From: Cetorhinus maximus
Lineage: Eukaryota
NCBI RefSeq assembly: GCF_964194155.1
Contig: NC_135880.1
Coordinates: 131,874,001 to 131,938,000, forward strand
DNA: 64,000 bases
Direction: 5' to 3'
Made by a program: the position numbers and the translations under genes. The first letter of the stretch is position 1; each line of letters opens with the position of its first letter. The notes beneath the pieces were generated by a model that did no database searches, was not told the origin of the DNA, and worked only from the letters and a program-made list of their open reading frames with translations. Below, piece by piece: positions 52,757 through 64,000 of this stretch.

Positions 52757-55290
52757 CCAGGTAGCATAGTAATATTGTCACTAAGCTAGTAATCCAGAGA
52801 CCCACATAATGCTCTGGGGACCTGGGTTCAAATCCCATCATGTCAGGTGCTGAGTTCAATAAAAATCTGGAATTAAAAGTCTAACGATGACCATGAATCG
52901 ATTGTCGTAAAAGCCCATCCGGTTCAGTAATGCCCTTTAGGGAAGGAAATCTGCCGTCCTTAACTGGTCTGGCCTACTTGTGACCCCAGACCCACAGCAA
53001 TGTGGTTGACTCTTACCTGCCCTCTGAAATGGCCTGGCAAGCTACTCAATTGTATCAAACTGCGTAAAAAGTCTAAAAGGAATGAAACCGGATGGATCAC
53101 CCAATATCGACCTAGGCACCGAAAACGACAACGGCAAACTCAGCCCTGTATACCCTGCAAAGTCCTTCTTACTAACATCTGGGGATTTGTGCCAAAATTG
53201 GGAGAACTGTCTCACATTCTAGTCAAGCAATAGCCTAACATAATCACACCTAACAGAAAATGTCCTAGACACCACCATCATCATCATCCCAGCAGAGGTG
53301 GCAGCACAGTGGCATACAGTCAGGGTAGAGTTGCACTGGGAGTCCTCAATATTGACTCTGGACCCCATGAAGTCTCATAGCATCAAGTCAAACATGGGCA
53401 AGGAAACCTCCTGCTGATTACCACATTTCGCCTTCCCTCAGCTGATGAATCAGTGCTCCTCCATGTTTGATCACTTGGAGGAAGCACTGAGGGTAGCAAG
53501 GGCACACAATGCATTCTGGGTAGGGGACTTCAAGAGAGGCTCTGTAACACCACTATAGACCAAGCCGGCCGGGTCCTAAAGGACATAGCTGCTAGACTGC
53601 ATCTGTGGCAGCTGGTGAGGGAACCAACAAGAGGGCAAAACATGCTTGACCTCATCCCCACCAACCTGCCTGCTGCAGATACATCTGTCCATGACAGTAT
53701 TGGTAGCAGTGACCACCACACAGACCACGTGGAGGCCTGTCTTTACATTGAGGATACCCGCTATAGTGTTGTGTGGCACTATAACCGTGCTAAATGGGAT
53801 AGATTTCGAACGGATCTAGCAACTCAAGACTGGGCGACCACGAGGTGCTGTAGGCCATCAGCAGCAGCAGAATTGCACTCAAACACAACCTGTAACCTCA
53901 TGGCCCAGCATATCTGCCACTCTACCATTATCATCAAGCCAGGGGATCACAAAAAGCAGGACAAATCCAACCTGCAAACTACCTTTCAATCATCACTAAA
54001 AAGTGACGAAAGGGGTCATCAACAGTGCTATTAAGCGGCACTTACTTAGCAATGACCTGCTCACTGTGTCTCAGTTTCGGTTCCACCAGGGCCACTCAGC
54101 TCCTGACCTCGTTGAGCCTTGGCTCAAACATGGACAAAAGAGCTGAGCTCCAGAAACGAGGTGAGAATGACTGCCCTTGACATCAAAGCAGCATTTGACA
54201 AGAGTGTGGCATCAGGGAAGTTAATGGGAATCAAGGGGAAAACTCTCTGCTGGTTGGAGTCTTATCTAGCACAAAGGAAGGTGGTTGTGGCTGTTGGCGG
54301 TCAATCGTCTCAGCTCCAGGTCCTCACTGCAGGAGTTCCTCAGGGTAGTGTCCTAGGCCCAACCATCTCCAACTGCTTCATCAATGACCTTCCTCCCATC
54401 ATAAGGTCAGAATGGGGATGTTCACTGATGATTGCACAATGTTCAGCACCATTCACGACTCCTCAGGTACTGAAACAGTCCATGTCCAAATGCAGCAGGA
54501 TCTGGACAATATCCAGAACATTCCACCACACAAGTGCCAGGCAATGATCATCTCCAACAAGACAGAATCTAGTCATCGTCCCTTGACATTCAAAGGCATT
54601 ATCATCACTGAATCCCCCACTATCAACATCCTGGTGGTTACCATTGACCAGAAACCGAACAGGACTATCCACATAAATACTGTGGCTACAAGAGCAGATT
54701 AGAAGCTAGGAATCCTGCGACGAGTAACTCACCTCCTGATTCCCCTAAGCCTGTCCACCATCTACAAGGCACAAGTCAGGAATGTGATGGAATACTCTCC
54801 ACTTGCCTAGATGGGTGCAGCCCCAACAACACTCAAGAAGCTTGACACCATCCAGGGCAAAGCAGCCCACTTGATTGGCACCCCATCCACAAACATTCAC
54901 TCCCTCCACCACCGACGCACAGTAGCAGTAGTATACCATGTACAAGATGCACTGCAGGAACTCACCAAATCTCCTTAGACAGCACCTTCCAAACCCACAA
55001 CCACTACCACCTAGAAGGACAGGGGCAGCAGACACATGGGAACACCACCCACTGCAAGTTCTCCTCCAAGCCACTCACCATCTTGACTTAGAACTATATC
55101 GCTGTTCCTTCACTGTCACTGGGTCAAAACCCTGGAACTCCCTCCCTAACAGCACTGTGGGTGTACCTACACCACATAGACTGCAGTGGTTCAAGAAGGC
55201 AGCTCTCTACCACATTCTCAAGGGCAATTAAGGATGGGCAATAAATGCTGGCCTAGCAAGCAATGCCCACACACCATGAACAAATTTTTA
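52757..55290 (+). mobile_element. Internally deleted LINE (APE + RT) with tRNA-like 5' head
   Basis: SINE-like head, then KVLLTNIWGFVPKLGEL (APE start, ~53160), EPTRGQNMLDL, SSDH, ALDIKAAFD, AGVPQGSVLGP, MFTDDCT, and tail gggcaataaatgctggcctagc. Confidence 0.9.
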
Positions 55291-56413
55291 AAAATTCCTC
55301 TCCTAAAGGCTACTTAGCTGTGGGGGCTGCCTGCAGCAAATCATCTCAGGCACGTTCTCACAAAAGTTGTGGACCACTCATTCAAAGAGTATTTCATCAG
55401 CATTACCTTCAGGTTCCTGTCTTCTCTATGCAATTTCCTTGCCGAGGTCCATTGCCACCCTTCTGAGGGTGCTCCATGATAATGCTTCATTGTCAAGCAG
55501 CAGGCTACAATGTGATGTGATGTGGTAAATCATGACCTTCACTGGAGTATGGTTCCACGAATGCTAGTCATTCATCATCAAAGCACAAGAGCATATCAGC
55601 AAACCATCCTATTTTAAGGGCCAACATGTCTAAGCCAATCTTGGCCTCACTCAGTGACCGCAGGTGGACTCTTCAAGCTGGATTTTAATCAGGAGCAGAC
55701 ACCCGAACTGATTGTTCTTCTTCCTAAGCCAAGGAGAAAAACTCTCAACTCAGCTAATTCAGCACAGAGCTGGAACGGAACCTGGGAACTTTACCCCAGC
55801 TCTGACTCACAGAAAGTGAAGATGATGTCAGGCAAGTCGGTAAAACCTGAACTTTTTACAATCATCTTAATTTGTAAATTGTTAAAATAATGCAGTTGGA
55901 TTATATTGTATTTATTCATTATAATGTCCACATGTTTGTAACTGCCAACAGCTACCCTTGGTTTCGGAGAGTGCTTTGTTATGTAACTTCATGATTCTTC
56001 CTTACTTGCACCTCCCAAATAATTCCACTCAGTTTATGGTATGGCAGGTGGTATTTGCCAGGCTGACCAAATCCATAAGGGAAACTTGGCCACGCGATCA
56101 CAATAATTTTGCATTTTGTATTTATTACAAGAAGGCTGGTGCACTGAAGACAGATGCAATGAGGTCCACTACCACCTTTAGAGATTTTAAAGATAAAATT
56201 AAAATATTAATTAACAAAAGAAAAAAATCCTACACAAAATTACAGTTACGCAGTTATAACAGTTCCCAAAATTTCTACTTAATCAGGCTCCCAACTACAC
56301 ACCCCTTTAAGGCAACAGTCCAAATAGATTCCAAATCTATAAAATCATCCAGTGGTTTTACCACAAGCACCACTGGACAATGGATGTTTAAGGAGCATAT
56401 GATGAGCAAATGA

Positions 56414-56780
56414 TCAGCCCCTTATCCTGAGCCTGTGCCCCTGTCTTTTAGATTTCCCAATCAGAGGAAACATTCTCTCAGCATCCACCCTATCAAGCCT
56501 CTTCAGAATTTTGTAGGTTTCAATGAGATCACCTCTTATTCTTCTAAACTTCAAAGAATACAAGCCCAATTTACTCAGCCTTTCGTCATAGGACAATCCC
56601 CTCATTCCAGGGGCCAATTTAGTGACTCTTTGCTGTACCACCTCCAATGCAAGTACATCCTTTTTTCAATGTAGAGACCAAAACTGCAGATGTGGTCACA
56701 CCAAAACCTTATACAACCGTAGCAAGGCTTCTTTATTTTTGTACTCCAATCCCTTGCAATAAAAGCCATTTGCCTTCCTA
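56414..56780 (-). mobile_element. CR1 RT/C-terminal fragment
   Basis: GLSYDERLSKLGLYSLKFRRIRGDLIETYKIL. Confidence 0.85.
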
Positions 56781-56805
56781 AACATAAAATTAAAATTAAA
56801 ATATT

Positions 56806-56991
56806 GGGGTTGAATACCATCTCGGGCAGTGGTACAAAACAAGCAATATTGGATTAGGCACCTGTTATACACAGCGCCTGATATTTAATTTCACTGACTC
56901 CAATGGAACTGAAGATCTGGAGCTGCGTATAACAGGGGTATAATCTGATGCCGCCCATTTTGCACCACTGTCCGATATTAAATTTTACCCC
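56806..56991. repeat. ~185-bp imperfect fold-back (palindromic MITE)
   Basis: cgggcagtggtacaaaa / ttttgcaccactgtccg and cctgttatacacagc / gctgcgtataacagg pair across a short central loop; gggg..cccc ends. Confidence 0.7.
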
Positions 56992-57574
56992 AGGAAATTA
57001 AAGTTTAAAATACTTAAATTACTGGGCCTTCACTGCCCCATTAAAGCTCTTCAGTAATGACATGGAATCAAAGTCACTGTCTTGCTAATTTTTTTTGAAA
57101 GAAAGTATAAATCTTTACCATGGCTTTAGTTCAACACCACCAGTTCAATGGTATACTAGCGACCTGAATTTTGGTGATGTAGTGAAGGTCATTTAACATT
57201 ATACCCTGCTTAACTTTGTCACACTGACATCAGTAACAGATTTGTTGTCCAATGCTACTTTCATCAAAGTTCTAGCTTTTGACTGTAGGGGACGTGAAAT
57301 AACTGAGACAGCACTACTAAATGCCTAAAATAAGCTACAAGAGTGATTTTATAGATTGCCATACTCCTAATAGCAAATTTTACTGTCACCCTCTGAAGCA
57401 GATACCACATTATCCCTGAAAGTGCTCAACCTGCTAATATAGACCAGATTGTTGCATCCTTATTTGCAAGTAGTTTCCCAGCTATCCATTCAACAGCTGT
57501 AAATGTAGTCATGAATCTCAACTTTTGGACAACTACGCTTGCAACTTAAAAGGAGTAGATTTCACAGCACTTAT

Positions 57575-57702
57575 AGGAACATAGAAGTAGGAGTAGGTCA
57601 TTCAGCTCCTCAAGCCGGTTCTGCCATTCAATTAGATGATGGCTGGCCTGTACCTTAGTTCCATTTACCCAGCTTTGTTCCATATCCCATAATACCCTTC
57701 CC
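57575..57702 (-). mobile_element. CR1 3' tail
   Basis: Reverse of the CR1 terminus (ataggaacatagaagtaggagtagg...). Confidence 0.65.
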
Positions 57703-57789
57703 AAAAGAAAACTTTAAAAACTTAAGAACAAGGCAGTTATCCTCAATCTGAGCAAAGAAACAGGAATACATGCAAACTAGTCTGCCATA

Positions 57790-59122
57790 TGTTATGATCC
57801 CAGCTGATGTTACTACTGGACAAAACAGATCTCAGGGTGGAACCCAGCTTGATAGAACCTAACTTTTATTTTTTTTGTTCAGATACATGGAGAGTGGCTA
57901 CTGAACAGAGTCACAGGAGTCAGCTGAATTTTTAACAAAAGAATAGAACATTTATTAAACAAGAAAAAGATGAACTATATTATAATACTCCTTCACCCAC
58001 AACTATATTTTTGCAGATATATACAGATTTGTAAGGAAAACACAAGTTACAAAAGCTATCTTATACTCTAATGTTCACAGTATGTACACAATCCATGTAA
58101 ATCAATAGGCGACCTGTGATCAGACACACCACACTCTGAAACCAAGTGAGAGATGCCACCTCAAACAGATGCTACGGATCTCTCCTCAACTCCCCCCAGA
58201 CGCTTGTCACACCATGAGCCAACCAATCTCACTGAACTCCGTCTTTCATAGGAGGACTTACAATCTCCACTCTTGAAGAATCTTCTCCCAAACAATGCTT
58301 TCTCTCAGATGCCTTGCACAAGAGTCCACCTCCAGGGTTTCAAACTCTCCTCCTGATGTTTCTCTCCCCTGGATCGCCACGTGCATTCAAGCTTCTTCCC
58401 ACGCACTCTTTTACTGATTCAGCCATCAACAGTACACCACTGCTTCACATGCCCATAGTAAAGAGTTACAGACCTTCAGCCTTCCCCTTAGATCTTCCAG
58501 CTTCTCATACACCACGCTTTAAATCTGCATCCTGCAGCTTCTCCCTTTAAGCCGGAAGCTTGGAGTCTTCCTCTCTGCTCCTTACTTTCACTTCCAGAGC
58601 AGAGCCTTTTCCAGGTTCCTGCCCTTGTCCTTTGACTTAACTATCCTCTTAGGACCTTTCCTGTTCCACTCCCCTGGATTTGGGGATTTTCTTCTTCAGT
58701 TTCTTTGGGGAAACCTGCTTCCCCTGCAGTTCCCTATCCTGTCCAGCCTCTCGGGAATCCTGGCTTCAACTGAGCTTTGGTTTGGGACATGCTATCCTAG
58801 GCTCTTCCTAGGCTGTTTCTCGTGGCAACTGCTTCCAACTGAATGGAAATTACTTTTCTGTCTCTGTGGGACTTCCTGTTGCAGGCAACAGAGTTTTTTA
58901 ATTTCATGTTTGTTTTAACTTCCCTTCAAGAGTCGTAAAACCTTTATTAAAATGCAGACATCTTTTAAAGTGAAACTAAAACTCAACTTCCCCTTTTTCT
59001 TAATGCACAAATACAGTAATACAAATTAAACTTAACTTAAAACTAAAACTTAAAGATATACCTTATTCCTAACACACCCAAATACAAATATAACTTACTT
59101 AAACTATCTTTATTTCCTAAAA
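57790..59122. mobile_element. Probable solo LTR (~1.33 kb) with 4-bp TSD
   Basis: CATA|TGTTATGA ... TTCCTAAAA|CATA, with the terminal CA apparently mutated. Non-coding; same TGTTATGA start as the 19897 LTR. Confidence 0.65.
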
Positions 59123-59944
59123 CATACCTGTGGTTTGGTCAGAGGAGTCACTGCTTCAAACACCTCAAAAGTTAACCACCTGGATCTCCCTTTGCATGAA
59201 CATTTGTAAAGCTAAATTTCAATCCTCAAAGACACTTGAAGGTGCCTATTAATGTAATGATGTTTTAAAATTGTTACAGATCAACTATCAAATCATATAA
59301 TTGAAAATAATTCTGAAACCTAGACCATAAATGGATACAATGCCATTTGTACAATACAAGAAAATTATGTTATTTGAGTCAGTGAACATGAGCATGACAA
59401 GGACAGGAGAAAAAGCCTGCTGCTACATCAAGTTGAGGGATCAGGTGCATTAAGGGTATTGCACAGTCCAGATTATGACAGGTTTCTCTCACACTATCCC
59501 TCATCAAGCTTGTCTTGTATGATACATCACAGTATCACAGTGCCTTTACAGTGCAGGAGGAGGCCATTCAGACAGCATTCCACCTAGTCTCACTCCCCTG
59601 CCTTATCCCCGTAACCTTGCACATTCTTTTTTTTCAGGTAGCAATCCAATTCCATTTTGAAGACCTCGGTCGAACCTGCCTCCACCACCCTTTCAGGAAG
59701 TTTGTTCCAGACTCCAGCCACCCTCTGGATGAAAGAATTCTTCCTCACATCACAGGATAACAAATGGAAATTAGAGGGATTTATGGAAAAAAATAATTTT
59801 CTTCACCAGAAATATTATCCATCAATAATTTGTATTCAGATTGCTTTATTGATGGAAAAATACTAGCTTATACATGGAATCCAGAACTATCTTCCTAAAA
59901 ATGCTGTAGAAGCGAGGTCAATAAAAAAGTTCATTCTGAACTAC

Positions 59945-61965
59945 TTAGTGTACCATCTCGACCAGGATCTGTTGCCAGAGAGTCAGTGTGGTTTCAGAAA
60001 AAGTCGAAGAACCACTGATATGGCGCTTACAGTTAGGTGGCTCCAGGAGAAATGTCAAGAACAGGACATAAACCTCTCCACCACATCCATTGAACTGACC
60101 AAGACTTTTAAGACAGTCAGCTTTGAAAGATAATGGAGAACTTTGGCTGCCCTGAGAAATTCATCATAATGCGTTGACAGTTTCATGACTGCATGCTCAC
60201 ACATAGATGTGTGTCCTGGATGATGGTGAGTCTTCTGAGCCACTAAATTCACTAAAACGAAGTTGAGCACCAACTTTCTTCAGCATGTTTGCTCTGCCAT
60301 GCTCTCTGATGCCTTCCATGATGGCGATGCTGGCATCAAAATCCGATATTGCCTGAACGGGAAGCTCTCAAACTGAGAGGAGTCCAAGCAAAGGCAAAAG
60401 TCTTCAAGGATATACTTTGCAATTTCCTATTTGCCAATCACTGTGCTGGTTCAGAGCTGGACATGCAAAGTAGCATGGACTTGTTCTCTGTGCATGTGAC
60501 AACTTTGGCCTTAGGATCAGCATGAAGAAAACTGAAGTAATGTACCAACCTGCTTTAGGAAAGCCCAACCTCGAGCACAAGTTTCCAGAACTTGTCAGCA
60601 GTGGATAAGTTCATTTATCTCAGCAGCATACTCTCTCAAGCTGTCTATATTGACAAGACACACATAGGGCAGGATTTTACCGTCGACGAGCGGGGACAGG
60701 GCCCGCTCACCAACGTGTAAAAGGACGCGGGATGACATTGGGCAGAACTTCCAACGTCACCCCGCCCCATTTAAATTTTCAGGAAGGCAGGGGCGTAGCA
60801 ATATCAGCTGCGCGCCCACCGACCTGTCCATGGCTAATTAAAGCAATTAAAGGACCTGCCCGTCCAACCTTAAGGTTGGCGGGCAGGCTAGGAGCCCCGG
60901 CGGCAACTAGAAAAAACATGAAACCTCATCCACCAGCGGGATGAGGTTTCATGTAGGGTTTTAAAAATTTTAATAAAGTTGCTATGGAAATTATGAACAT
61001 GTTCCAACTCATGTGGCATTGTCACATGAGGGGACATGTAAGGGATTTTCTTTTTCTCTATTTTTAATATTGATGAAAGTAGAGCCGTTCTCCCTGAGAT
61101 GGAACCATACTCCAGTGAGGGATTCCCCACCACGCGCACAGGGAGTGCATAGTGGCCCGCCCCCAATTGGGTCAGCTCTGCCCGCCCGACGAATGGAAAA
61201 TTCAGCCCATAGAATTGCCAAAGCAAGTGCAACCTTTGACAGATTTCGAACATCAGTCTGGGAATGAAGCGGAGTAAGTCTGTCTACCAAACAAAGTCTA
61301 TAAAGCATTAGTCCTGCCCACTCTGCTCTAGGTACATAAGACTTGGGTTGTGTACCACCCTCATGCCAAGAAGCTCAAGCATTTTTGCTTGAGCTGCCTT
61401 TGGAAATTTCTAAAGATTAGATAGCAGGACAAAATACCAGACATTAAAAGATGCTCACCCGAGCTGGCATGCTAAGCATCCACACCATACTGAGGTAGTC
61501 ACAACTGAGTTGGGCTGGTCATGTAGCCAGAATGCCTGAAACTCACTTACCAAAGCACATCTTCTATGAAAGCTCCAATCTAGGGTGCGCTCTTATGGCA
61601 GTCAAAGAAAATGCTACAAGGACACTCTGAAGGTTTCACTTAGGAGCTTTGATATTGACTTCGAGTCCTGGGAGAAGCATGGACAGGATCGCTGCACCTG
61701 GCGCAGCCAAATAAAAAAAATGGTGCAGCCCACCTCGAAAGCAAGCGCATCTCAGAGGTGGAGAGGAAACACAAAGGAGAGAAAATCGCGAGCCAGCTAC
61801 ACAACCAAAATTCAATTGTCTGCGGTATTCTGTCCTGTTTGCAGCAGAACCTTCCAGGTGCATATCGGCCTTACCAGTCACCTACATATCCACTGGAACC
61901 TTACGAAACAACCCAGATGACGAATGTGGTCATCTTCACCTCGAAGGACAACGAAGAATAAAAAA
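59945..61965 (+). mobile_element. 5'-truncated RTE-clade LINE split by a MITE
   Basis: LLPESQCGFRKSRRTTDM...LQEKCQEQ, RIAKASATFDR, QRKCYKDTLK, and C-terminal CPVCSRTF..HIGLTSH. Confidence 0.85.
60667..61208. mobile_element. Harbinger-type MITE with ATA TSD
   Basis: ATA|gggcaggatttt ... aaaattcagccc|ATA. Removal restores continuous RTE sequence. Confidence 0.9.
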
Positions 61966-62849
61966 AAAAGATTAAAAAGTCAGATTGGCAGAATTTTGTT
62001 AGATAAGGGTATTAGAGATTATTGAGTTAAGATACAGTTCAGCCATGATATAGGTGAACGGTTAGACAGCTTGAGGGGCTGAAAGGAATATCCGAAGAGG
62101 ATTCGACCAGATTTCCCACACAGTAAATAAATAATTTATATAACTTTTTAAAATTGCTCTTAGATTGAAAAAAAACAAGGACATTAATATACGTTTCTCA
62201 AAAGTATTTCATCCGCCAACCAAATTATTTAGTAGACACAACTTGCCAGGTTAACGCACAAATTCCTCACCATTTACAGGTGTCCACCTTTCTCATCCTG
62301 TAACTTCCTACATACTTAGAATTGTGGTCCCAGTGGGGTTTGCAAGGGCCCATGGGCTTGGAGAACCAGGCTGTAAGATTCTAGCCCTATTTCCAATGTA
62401 CTCTCATTTGAGGTATGCTGCCCAGAGAGAGAACAGAATAGTGATTTACCCCAATGGCTTTCTCTTTCACAATTACACCAGATTAAAATTTTCAGACTGC
62501 AGTTTACTCCACTTCAGGACAGTTCTACTTCAGATCAATCTGTTCCACCTTTGAATTTAAGTTCAGAATCATTTCAGTGGCACTAAATGATGGATATGAG
62601 CAAGCTTTTCACCTAAAATTTGCTCTGTCAGTTTCAATTGTGATGAATTCCATTTTTTGCATCAGTGTGTACTGTATAAGCTAGCAGCCTGTGGAGATGG
62701 TAATATTTAAAATACAAGATGCTCTAATGCTTGTTACATTTGGTCCTGTCTGGTAACAAGGATGGGACCCTCTTGGAGCATTTTGATGCAGCAGACAATG
62801 AGCCAAGGACCTGCCTTCGGACAGGGCACACATGACGTGACATACTTGC

Positions 62850-63352
62850 AATGGAAGCAGTTCAGAGAAGGTTCACGAGGCCGATTCCTGGAATGAAAAG
62901 ATTGTCTTATGAGGAAAGGCCAAGCAGGTTGGACCTATACTCATTGGCATTTAGCAAAACGAGAGATTATATTATTGAAACATAAGATTGTGTGTGGGCT
63001 GGACAGGGTAGACGCTGAGAGGATTTTTTCCCTTTTGAAGGAATCTAGGGTGAGAGGCACAGTTTAAGAATAAGGGGTCTCCCATTCAAGAAGAAAATGT
63101 GGAGAAATTTCTTCTTTCAGAAGGTCGTTAATCTTTGGACTGCTCTACCCCAGGCAGCGGTGGAGGCTGGGTCACTGAATATATTCAAGTCTGAGTTAGG
63201 CAGATTTTTGATCTATAAGAGAGTCAAGGGTTCTGGAGGGGCAGGCAAGAAAGTTGGGCCAGGGCCACAAACAGATCAGCCATGATCTTTTGAATGGTGG
63301 AGCAGGCTCAAGAGGCCAACTGGTCTACTTCTGTTCCTATTTCTTATGTTCT
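62850..63352 (+). mobile_element. CR1 3' fragment
   Basis: RNFFFQKVVNLWTALP and a tail ending ttcttatgttctt. Confidence 0.85.
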
Positions 63353-64000
63353 TAATTACCAATGAATGGGGCTGGTGTTAAGACTTCACCACGCAAGAAG
63401 CTTCAGCAAGTCTGGTGGCTGAGCAAATGACAAGTTAGATACTCTAAATAAATACTAAATCTTGTAGCGATGGTTTGTACTGAAGCAGGTAGGAAATAAC
63501 TGTAATTGGGCAGTACACAAATCACTAACATTATCCCTTTCAGCTTTCCCTAGGAAATGTAATGTTCCCATGTCATTAAATCCCAATTGTTTCAAAGATT
63601 ATATTCTTTAAAATCTATTAATTTCTTATAATTGATAGTAAAATTAGATATTAAAGCTAGAATATACTGTTGAAAAGCTTGTCCTTGGTGATTTTTTAAA
63701 AAAAATTATTTTGCAAGCACAGACTCTTGCTGAAGTACAGTTCCACAGCTGGTGGTTGCTCTCTAGTGCTTCCATACGTTAACCTAATCAAGCTATTTGT
63801 CTGCAGCAGGTATAACAGCCCAACACAATCTTTTCCTTGGCCAATGTGCAGGCTTGTGCACTTGAAATAGTGATCGTGGATAGTGATCAGCAGCATGGTC
63901 GCTGGTTGCTCCAACTCCAGGCCAACAAGGCTGATTGTAGTAACAGTCCCAGCTGAGATAAGCTAACTCAGCAGAGAGCGGGAATCAAACCTGGAGCTCA

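Noticed and set aside
62265-62310. gagaaaggtggacacc...|gtgag on the minus strand, resembling the end of MTAP exon 2
   Set aside because: It does not translate to EKYVDTPxGK and has no GGTGLDDP upstream.
1-64000. CRISPR array, rRNA, prokaryotic operon or endogenous viral ORF
   Set aside because: No regular repeat-spacer pattern or recognisable motifs. The remaining short ORFs mostly fall in repeats or their antisense frames.

Overview
Vertebrate genomic DNA, most likely from a cartilaginous fish (shark), inferred from the repeat landscape. The whole window appears to lie inside the MTAP gene on the minus strand. Only exon 3 (48385-48443) and exon 4 (42010-42177) are present; I could not find exon 2 or exon 5, so intron 4 is over 42 kb. 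The rest is mostly decayed transposons: CR1 LINEs, an RTE LINE, a single-ORF LINE family with a tRNA-like 5' head plus a matching SINE, Deu-type SINEs, two solo LTRs, and many PIF/Harbinger elements (HARBI1-like nuclease and Myb/SANT remnants, and MITEs with GGGC..GCCC ends and 3-bp TSDs). The most unusual items are: (1) an intronless, polyadenylated LRPAP1 (RAP) retrocopy that keeps an open frame for most of domain 3 plus HNEL, lying sense inside an MTAP intron; (2) the tRNA-headed, ORF1-less LINE and its internally deleted SINE; (3) a ~9.5 kb Harbinger composite with a head-to-tail nuclease gene and intron-containing Myb/SANT gene. All calls come from reading the sequence by eye; no database search was run, and repeat boundaries are approximate unless a TSD is quoted.
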